Assembly (NCBI GenBank): GCA_964636555.1 | Contig: CAZWRZ010000013.1 | Coordinates: 116-64,115 of the forward strand | Direction: 5' to 3' | Length of the DNA: 64,000 bases | Origin: an uncultured Ruminiclostridium sp. | Lineage (GTDB): Bacteria > Bacillota > Clostridia > Oscillospirales > Ruminococcaceae | Shown here: one piece after another, positions 57,351-64,000 of the stretch | Numbering within the stretch: the first letter of the stretch is position 1 | How the letters are laid out: each line of letters opens with the position of its first letter | Translations under genes and position numbers: made by a program | Notes under the pieces: model-generated | The model's database searches: none | What the model saw: the letters and a program-made list of their open reading frames with translations, nothing else | Told to the model about the DNA's origin: nothing

Positions 57351-57683
57351 ATGAGAAAACTTGGAAGAACAAGTGACCATAGAAAAGCAATGCTCAGAGC
57401 AATGGTAACATTTTTGCTGGAAAACGGCAAGATCGAGACCACCGTTACAAGAGCAAAGGAAGTAAAGAGCGAAGCTGAGAAGATGATCACCCTCGGTAAG
57501 AACGAAGATCTTCACAGCAAGCGTCAGGTATATTCCTACATCACCAAGGAGGCAGTCAGCAAAAAACTTTTTGACGAGATTGCTCCCAAGTATAAGGACG
57601 TTAAGGGCGGCTATACCAGAATCGTAAAGATCGGACCCCGCCGCGGAGACGCAGCTGAAATGGCTATCATTGAGCTGGTTTGA
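57351..57683 (+). CDS. rplQ: 50S ribosomal protein L17
   Basis: [25 protein letters not shown]. Confidence 0.98.
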   Translation: MRKLGRTSDHRKAMLRAMVTFLLENGKIETTVTRAKEVKSEAEKMITLGKNEDLHSKRQVYSYITKEAVSKKLFDEIAPKYKDVKGGYTRIVKIGPRRGDAAEMAIIELV

Positions 57684-57706
57684 TTTCCTTATTGTAACTA
57701 AAAACA

Positions 57707-57735
57707 GCAGCCGTCTTTTGGGCGGCTGCTTTTGT
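57707..57735 (+). terminator. Intrinsic terminator of the alpha operon
   Basis: GCAGCCGTC-TTTT-GGGCGGCTGC followed by TTTT. Confidence 0.85.
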
Positions 57736-57811
57736 TGTGGGCGATATTGCTTTTTCAAATTTTCGGTATGGAGCTGTTGACAAAGAAAAGAAAAAGCAGT
57801 ATAATAAAATA

Positions 57812-57900
57812 AAAGAGGGGCAACAGGTGTTGTCACTCCCGATTTAAGTTATGAAAAATAACCGACTTTCGTTTTGGACACGGGAAGGCGGTTATTTTTT
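57812..57900 (+). ncRNA. Antisense antitoxin RNA of type I TA module 3
   Basis: TTGACA(57777)-17-TATAAT(57800); AATAACCG...CGGTTATTTTTT terminator overlapping the toxin stop. Confidence 0.78.
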
Positions 57901-57996
57901 ATTGTTTTTAAAAGTACTAAAAACAAGGAAACATACACCGATGACTTCACATAAAAGTAAAAGTATCTGAATCAAATCTGATAACGATATGTACAT
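57892..57996 (-). CDS. Type I toxin-like hydrophobic peptide 3 (34 aa)
   Basis: MYISLSDLIQILLLLCEVIGVCFLVFSTFKNNKK; AGGGGGTG SD; promoter -35 58148-58153, -10 58125-58130. Confidence 0.82.
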   Translation of the reverse strand: MYISLSDLIQILLLLCEVIGVCFLVFSTFKNNKK

Positions 57997-58205
57997 TCCC
58001 CCACCCCCTTTTTATGGCAAAGTGTTTCCACCTTGCACGGGAGTGTTATTAACAATCACCTATCGCCCACCTGAGGTTTATCCCCTCTTAGGTGAGGTCA
58101 CCCAAGAGGGTTTCCTCAGTATCTATTATATATTGTTATTGGCATTTTGTCAAATTTTAGATATTAAGCTGTTGACAAATTGATGAAACAGGTGTAAAAT
58201 TAAAA

Positions 58206-58295
58206 TATTAAATGTTATGTACATCTCCTAATTAAAGGAGAATCACCCTCAATAACCGCCATTGTACTCTAAAGCACAATGGCGGTTATTTCTTT
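58206..58295 (+). ncRNA. Candidate trans-acting sRNA complementary to toxin translation-initiation regions
   Basis: TTGACA(58172)-17-TAAAAT(58195); AATGTTATGTACAT and TCACCCTC seeds split by a CTCCT/AGGAG hairpin; 15-bp terminator stem 58251-58290. Confidence 0.6.
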
Positions 58296-58305
58296 ACACC
58301 CATAC

Positions 58306-58557
58306 TTAAAACAAAACAATCGCCAAAACAACACCTCCAGCCAGCAAAACACACCCCAAAACAATAAGCCCGATTTTAACTCTTCGTCTTTTATTGAACC
58401 CGTCCATTCTTACTGCCGACAACAGCCTTTGAGCGTTTTCGTTCAGCTGGCTCTGGTCGGCGTTCATTTTTTCAGGCCTTAAAAACAAGATCGCTCTGTC
58501 AAAAAACTCGTTTTCTGTATTCTTTATCTCCAAAATAAGCTTGTTGACCCCTCGCAT
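58306..58557 (-). CDS. Hypothetical protein with a C-terminal TM anchor
   Basis: 83 aa, GGAGG SD, hydrophobic tail. Confidence 0.75.
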   Translation of the reverse strand: MRGVNKLILEIKNTENEFFDRAILFLRPEKMNADQSQLNENAQRLLSAVRMDGFNKRRRVKIGLIVLGCVLLAGGVVLAIVLF

Positions 58558-58638
58558 TTTTATTCCTCCGATTATTTTTTTGATAAGCTATCAATATTTT
58601 ACTGATTGTATTATTGGATAAATCAGGGAAATTATACC

Positions 58639-59073
58639 GTTTTCCACAGGTTTTCCCGTGGAAAATGCGGAAAACTGACCTTTTTAACTGACTTTGACTA
58701 ATTTTTCTGTGGAAAACTTCGTGGAAAAAGCTGAAAACCCTTAATCCAAGCCTAAAATTTCTTCACGGGTTTTTGAACGATAATTTACCGAAATTTACTT
58801 AAAGATAGATTCTTTTATCCGAGGAAAATGAAAATTACTTTATTATAGAAAATAATGCTTAAATGATTTCTGTCCGATTACGATTTAAAGCCTTTTGTAA
58901 AATTCAACAAAATGATAAATAAACGGCATAATATACTTAACGTGTATTATGCCGTTTACAATCTGTAAAATCCTGTTTTCCACAGGTTTTCCCGTGGAAA
59001 GTGTGGAAAAGTCGGGGTTTTCACTGATTTTTACTGTCCAAACTGTGGAAAAGTCGGTGGAAAATGTTGAAAA
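58639..59073. promoter_or_regulatory. DnaA-box-like cluster (two groups flanking an AT-rich spacer)
   Basis: Five perfect TTWTNCACA matches (58640, 58708, 58976, 59002, 59044) plus several 1-mismatch boxes; 26-bp direct repeat at 58639 and 58975. Confidence 0.7.
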
Positions 59074-59168
59074 TGGCTTGAATAATGCAAAAATCAAGGT
59101 TGAAAAATTATCGGATATTCCACCGTATTTGTTGCTGAAAGTTCGTTTTTACAAAGATGATTATATTG

Positions 59169-61031
59169 TTATTCAAACTGCGAATTATACAGCTTGCTGT
59201 AAAAGCCTCCCATTTCCATAAGCTGTTCATGGCTTCCCTGCTCCGTTATTGTTCCGCCCTGCATAACAACAATTCTGTCCGCGTTCTTGACGGTGGAAAG
59301 TCTGTGAGCGATAACAAAGCAGGTGCGCCCTTTCATAAGCCTGTTCATAGCCTCCTGTATCTTTATTTCCGTTCTTGAATCCACATTTGAGGTCGCCTCG
59401 TCCAGAATCAGCATAGAGGCATCGGAAAGCATTGCTCTTGCCACGGTAATAAGCTGTTTTTGTCCCTTGGAAATATTGATGCCGTCATCGGACAAAACCG
59501 TGTCATAGCCTTGGGGCAGTGAGCGGATAAAGGAATCGATCCTTGCAGCCTTAGCCGCCTGCTCCACCTGTTCCCGTGTGGCATTATCACTGCCGTAGGC
59601 TATGTTTTCAAAAACGGTTCCGTGGAAAAGCCAAGTGTCCTGCAATACCATAGTGTAGGCTTTTCTGAGGGATTTACGAGTGATTTGGTTTATGCTTGTT
59701 CCGTCAACGGTTATTTCTCCCTTGTCGGTGTCGTAAAATCTCATAAGCAGGTTAATAACCGTAGTTTTTCCCGTACCTGTGGGACCCACTATTGCAATGG
59801 TTTCTCCCGATTTTGCCGCAACGGAAATATCTCTTAGTATGGTTTTTTCGGGTGTGTAGCCGAAGGTGATGTTCTTCAGTTCCACATTTCCCTCTGTTTT
59901 GTTTAAGGGCAATGCCGCAGGTTCGTCTGCTTTTTCAGGAGCCTCGTCCATAACGGCGAAAATTCTTCTTGCAGCGGAAAAGGCGGACTGAAATTCACTG
60001 AACAGATTGGCAAATTCGTTTATGGGACCCGCAAACTTTCTTGAATACTGCACAAACTGCGCCACTCCTCCGAGGGTGATAAAGAAAACTCCTCCCGCCT
60101 GCACCGCTCCGCTTTGAGAAAACATATACAGTATTCCGCCCAAAATCATTACCAGTGAAATGGAAAGATTGTTGATGAAGTTTACCGCAGGACCCAGCAT
60201 TGCGCCGTAGTATTCCGCGTCATAGTAGGCGTTCATGGTGTCGTTGTTGCGCTTATCAAAGCGGTTGGTGATTTCTCCCTCTCTGTCATAAGCCTGAATG
60301 GTGCCTGCACCTGTGAGCATTTCCTCCGCATAGCCGTTAAGCTCGCCTAATTTTCTTGAACGCTTGCTGAAAAGAGGTCTGACATGTCTTGCACGGAACC
60401 GTGTAAAGATGATCGAAGCGGGTACCGTAAGAGCAAATACCAGAATGAGAGGCTTGGATATCTGCCACATAAAGACAAGAGCGCCCAAAACCGTATAGAT
60501 ACTTGTCATTACTTGAACCAGATCCTGTGAAAGGGAAGCGTTAACGGTATCTATATCGTAGGAGATACGGCTGATGATATCTCCCGCGGCATGAGTGTCA
60601 AAATAGCTTACGGGAAGGGTAGTGAGTTTTTCAAAAAGCTGTTTCCTCATATTGTAAACTATCTTCTGGCTGATAACTGTCATAAGAATTGCCAAAAGAT
60701 AGCTTAGAACTGCCGCGCCTGCATAGCATATCAGCATTTTCACAACACACTGCCACACTGTGGGAAAATCCACTCCCCCCTCTGCGGAAATTGCGTCTAT
60801 GGCGTTTCCCGAATACAAAGGTCCCAGCAAGGAAAGCTGATTGGACAGCAAGGTCAGTATTATAGCCGGCAAAAACAGCTGCCAATGCTGCAAAATATAT
60901 TTTCCCAGCCTTTTTAATACGGTTTTGGTTTCCTTAAACTCCGCCTTTTTTTCCTCCCTGCTTTTTGGGGCGATTCCGGCGGGGCTTGGTTTGTGTGTAT
61001 TTTTCTCTGAAATTTTGTTTGTCTTATTCAA
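59169..61031 (-). CDS. ABC exporter, fused permease/ATPase (heterodimer partner 2)
   Basis: GPTGTGKT, SKGQKQ, LILDEATS, IAHRLST; TTG start overlapping the upstream gene. Confidence 0.93.
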   Translation of the reverse strand: MNKTNKISEKNTHKPSPAGIAPKSREEKKAEFKETKTVLKRLGKYILQHWQLFLPAIILTLLSNQLSLLGPLYSGNAIDAISAEGGVDFPTVWQCVVKMLICYAGAAVLSYLLAILMTVISQKIVYNMRKQLFEKLTTLPVSYFDTHAAGDIISRISYDIDTVNASLSQDLVQVMTSIYTVLGALVFMWQISKPLILVFALTVPASIIFTRFRARHVRPLFSKRSRKLGELNGYAEEMLTGAGTIQAYDREGEITNRFDKRNNDTMNAYYDAEYYGAMLGPAVNFINNLSISLVMILGGILYMFSQSGAVQAGGVFFITLGGVAQFVQYSRKFAGPINEFANLFSEFQSAFSAARRIFAVMDEAPEKADEPAALPLNKTEGNVELKNITFGYTPEKTILRDISVAAKSGETIAIVGPTGTGKTTVINLLMRFYDTDKGEITVDGTSINQITRKSLRKAYTMVLQDTWLFHGTVFENIAYGSDNATREQVEQAAKAARIDSFIRSLPQGYDTVLSDDGINISKGQKQLITVARAMLSDASMLILDEATSNVDSRTEIKIQEAMNRLMKGRTCFVIAHRLSTVKNADRIVVMQGGTITEQGSHEQLMEMGGFYSKLYNSQFE

Positions 61032-62748
61032 GGAAAGCACCTCCCATCTGGGAATCGCTGATCTCCCTGTATTCGGGGCAGGAGCTTATTAAGCTGTCAT
61101 GGTTTCCCATTCCTATTATCTTACCTTCCTCCAGAACAAGTATCAGATCACAGTCCTTGACCGAGCTTACCCTTTGAGCAACGGTGATAACTGTCATATT
61201 TTCACAGCTTTCCTTCAAGGCTTTACGCAAAGCCGCGTCTGTTTTATAGTCAAGGGCGGAGGAGCTGTCGTCAAGTATGAGTATTTCGGGCTGTGCCGCC
61301 AATGCCCTTGAAATCAGAAGCCTTTGCTTTTGTCCTCCCGAAATATTGGTGCCTTTTTGTGATAATAGGTGACCGTAACCGCTTTCAAGCTCCGAAATAA
61401 AGCCGTCCGCCTGCGCAATTTTGGCGGCGTCTTTTATCTGTTCCTCCGAAAGCTCTCTGCCGAATCTGATGTTTTCTTCCACCGTGTCGGAGTAAAGGAA
61501 ATCGTTCTGCATGGCGGTGCCGAACATCCCGTATAATTTTTCCTTTGGGATTGTTCGGATATCCCGACCGCCTATTCTTATACCGCCGCTGTTTACATCA
61601 TAAAAACGAAGCAGCAGTTTTATAATGGTAGACTTTCCGCTTCCAGTAGGACCTATAATGCCCAAGGAACCGCCCTTCTTTACCGAAAAGCTGATGTCTT
61701 CAAGATTGTTTTGGGTGCCGTTGTAGGAAAACCTCACGTTGTCAAAAACGATAAAGCCGTTGTCCTCGTGAGGGGGAAAATCCTCCTCGGACTCAACCTT
61801 TAAATCGGACTGTGTGTTTATTACCTCGGAAATTCTTTTTGCGGAAGCCTCGCATTTGGTATACATTATAAAAATTCTCGTAACAGACATCATAGCCATG
61901 GAAATAAGGGTAAAATACTGCATAAAGGCAATGACCGTTTCCGCGTCGGAGGTGTGGTTTGCAACACGGGAGGCGCTGATAGCCACAACAGCCACAATAC
62001 CCATATTCATCAACAGGGTCATAATGGGGTTAACCGCTCCCATGGTTATACCCGCTTTTCTTTCCGCCTTTGAAAGTCCGCTGTTGACGCTGTCGTAACG
62101 CTTATGCTCATATTCGGTCTTGGACAGAGCCTTGATAACACGAATTCCGCCTGCGTCCTCTCTCACCACTCTTATCATTCTGTCCACCGCCTGCTGTACC
62201 TTTATATAAAGGGGAACGCCTTTTCGGGAAATAAAGTATACCGTCACGAAAATAAAGGGCAGTATAGCCAGCATGGCAAGAGCAAGGTAGCTGTCCATAA
62301 TAAGAGTAATTATCATTCCCCCTACAAGGAGAATAGGCGCGCGTACTCCAAGCCTTTGCATCATACCCACAAACTGGTGAACGTTGTAGGTATCGGTGGT
62401 GATACGGGATTCGAGGGAGGGAATAGTAAATCTGTCCCTTTGAGCCGCACTTAAATGCAAGGTTGCTTCAAACAGCTCGTGCCGCACCGTTTCGGAAAAG
62501 TTTCTTGCCGTCAGCGCCGCCATTCGGTTGGCTGCCGTGTTGCAGATAAAGGCGGCAGCGGCGCAGAAAACCATTACCCCGCCCCAGAAGATAATAAGCT
62601 TTATATCCTCTCTGTAAACTACGCTTTTCAGAATGTAGCTCAATATGTAGGGAAGAGCAAGCTCTATTACCGTGCCTGTTATTTTTATTGTAAGTCCTAT
62701 TCCCATTCGGGGGAAGTTGGGTCTCAGATATTTTATAAGGTCTTTCAT
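61024..62748 (-). CDS. ABC exporter, fused permease/ATPase (heterodimer partner 1, degenerate site)
   Basis: GPTGSGKS, SGGQKQ, LILDDSSSALD, VAQRVSS. Confidence 0.93.
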   Translation of the reverse strand: MKDLIKYLRPNFPRMGIGLTIKITGTVIELALPYILSYILKSVVYREDIKLIIFWGGVMVFCAAAAFICNTAANRMAALTARNFSETVRHELFEATLHLSAAQRDRFTIPSLESRITTDTYNVHQFVGMMQRLGVRAPILLVGGMIITLIMDSYLALAMLAILPFIFVTVYFISRKGVPLYIKVQQAVDRMIRVVREDAGGIRVIKALSKTEYEHKRYDSVNSGLSKAERKAGITMGAVNPIMTLLMNMGIVAVVAISASRVANHTSDAETVIAFMQYFTLISMAMMSVTRIFIMYTKCEASAKRISEVINTQSDLKVESEEDFPPHEDNGFIVFDNVRFSYNGTQNNLEDISFSVKKGGSLGIIGPTGSGKSTIIKLLLRFYDVNSGGIRIGGRDIRTIPKEKLYGMFGTAMQNDFLYSDTVEENIRFGRELSEEQIKDAAKIAQADGFISELESGYGHLLSQKGTNISGGQKQRLLISRALAAQPEILILDDSSSALDYKTDAALRKALKESCENMTVITVAQRVSSVKDCDLILVLEEGKIIGMGNHDSLISSCPEYREISDSQMGGAFLE

Positions 62749-62844
62749 TTTTCCTTCTTCTTTTTCTGTAATCAAACTGCAAAAATAGCACATACCCTGT
62801 AAAGGATAATGTGCTAAAATTGCTGAACTTGCTAAAGCTAAAGT

Positions 62845-64000
62845 TTAATATTCCGCATTACCAACTGTTCTGGGGAATGGAATAGCGTCTCTGATATTTC
62901 CCACGGCAGTGATGTACATTATAAGCCGCTCAAAGCCCAAGCCGAAGCCCGCATGCTTGCAGCCGCCGAAGCGTCTTAAATCCAGATACCAGCTGTAATC
63001 CTCTTCCTTAAGTCCCAGCTCCTCCATTCTCTTCAAAAGAACGTCAAGTCTTTCCTCACGCTGGCTGCCGCCGATTATTTCTCCAACTCCGGGAACTAAC
63101 AGGTCTACCGCCGCAACGGTTTTTCCGTCGTCGTTCTGACGCATATAGAAAGCTTTGATCTCCTTGGGATAATCGGTAACGAACAGGGGCTTTTTGAATA
63201 CCTGCTCCGTTAAAAATCTTTCATGTTCCGTCTGTAAATCTGCGCCCCAATAAACGGGATATTTAAACTGATCCTTATGCTTTTCAAGAATTTCCACCGC
63301 CTCGGTGTAGGTCACCTTTGCAAAGTCGCTGTTAACTATGTCCGTAAGACGGTTAATAAGCTCCTTGTCGTAAAAGTCGTTAAAGAACTTCATTTCATCG
63401 GGGCATTTTTCAAGAACCGTTTTTAAAACGTACTTTATCATATCCCTTGCCAAGTCCATATCGTCCTGCAGATCGGCAAAAGCAATTTCAGGCTCGATCA
63501 TCCAGAATTCTGCGGCGTGGCGGGTGGTGTTGGAGTTTTCGGCTCTGAAGGTGGGACCGAAGGTGTAAATGCTGCCGAAAGCCATAGCCATAGCCTCGCC
63601 CTCAAGCTGTCCCGAAACTGTTAAGCTGGCGGGCTTTCCAAAAAAGTCCTTGGAATAGTCTATTTTGCCGTCCTCCGTTTTGGGGAGATTTTCGGGGTCG
63701 AGAGTGGAAACTCTGAACATCTCTCCCGCACCCTCGCAGTCGCTGGCGGTGATTATGGGAGTGTTAACATACACAAAGCCTCTTTCGTTAAAAAAGCTGT
63801 GAATGGCAAAGGCGGCAACGCTTCTGACTCTCAGAACTGCTCCTATGGTGTTGGTTCTTGCTCTTAAATGGGCAATGGTGCGGAGATATTCAAGGGTATG
63901 GCGCTTTTTCTGCAATGGGTAATCCGAAGGGGCAAGCCCGTCCACGGTTACCTCCAAAGCATGAATTTCAAAGGGCTGCTTTGCTTCGGGGGTAAGAAGC
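62845..64000 (-). CDS. asnS: Asparagine--tRNA ligase (5' end outside the window)
   Basis: [42 protein letters not shown]. Confidence 0.97.
   Translation of the reverse strand, partial: LLTPEAKQPFEIHALEVTVDGLAPSDYPLQKKRHTLEYLRTIAHLRARTNTIGAVLRVRSVAAFAIHSFFNERGFVYVNTPIITASDCEGAGEMFRVSTLDPENLPKTEDGKIDYSKDFFGKPASLTVSGQLEGEAMAMAFGSIYTFGPTFRAENSNTTRHAAEFWMIEPEIAFADLQDDMDLARDMIKYVLKTVLEKCPDEMKFFNDFYDKELINRLTDIVNSDFAKVTYTEAVEILEKHKDQFKYPVYWGADLQTEHERFLTEQVFKKPLFVTDYPKEIKAFYMRQNDDGKTVAAVDLLVPGVGEIIGGSQREERLDVLLKRMEELGLKEEDYSWYLDLRRFGGCKHAGFGLGFERLIMYITAVGNIRDAIPFPRTVGNAEY

Noticed and set aside
40452-57836. Many long antisense ORFs over r-protein, tyrS, yfhO and ABC genes
   Set aside because: Shadows of biased codon usage; no SD or recognisable motifs.
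58150-58224. Minus-strand mini-ORF MYITFNILILHLFHQFVNSLISKI as a fourth toxin
   Set aside because: AGGAG has zero spacing and sits in a hairpin, there is a terminator just upstream, and it lacks the hydrophobic core and KK tail.
58639-59073. DnaA-box cluster as oriC
   Set aside because: No dnaA, dnaN, rpmH or gyrB nearby and no clean gene-strand switch; kept only as a non-origin cluster.

Overview
Chromosomal window from a low-GC Firmicute, most likely Oscillospiraceae/Ruminococcaceae (inferred from gene content and r-protein sequences). 40.7-57.7 kb is a complete S10-spc-alpha ribosomal protein superoperon ending in rpoA-rplQ. The rest is housekeeping (coaX, tyrS with a Tyr T-box, yajC, rpe, htrA, scfA/scfB, pth, trmO, asnS, an ABC pair), cell-surface genes and a defence-like islet at about 10-18 kb. 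No rRNA, tRNA, CRISPR array or prophage was seen. Main observations: (1) an RnfD/E/A-like trio that has lost all four Fe-S cysteines and the FMN motif, lacks RnfC/G/B locally, and is followed by a membrane-anchored glycoside-hydrolase-like gene; (2) eight copies of a modular intergenic element (about 30-bp unit arrays around a branched palindrome with a fixed frame and variable inner hairpins), oriented with transcription in all 7 unambiguous cases; (3) three type I toxin-antitoxin modules missed by the ORF track, plus an extra sRNA candidate complementary to the translation-initiation region of all three toxin mRNAs; (4) an Rpn gene with an internal start and a separately duplicated C-terminal mini-gene; (5) a DnaA-box cluster with no dnaA nearby. 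Family assignments come from recalled motifs, not database searches.
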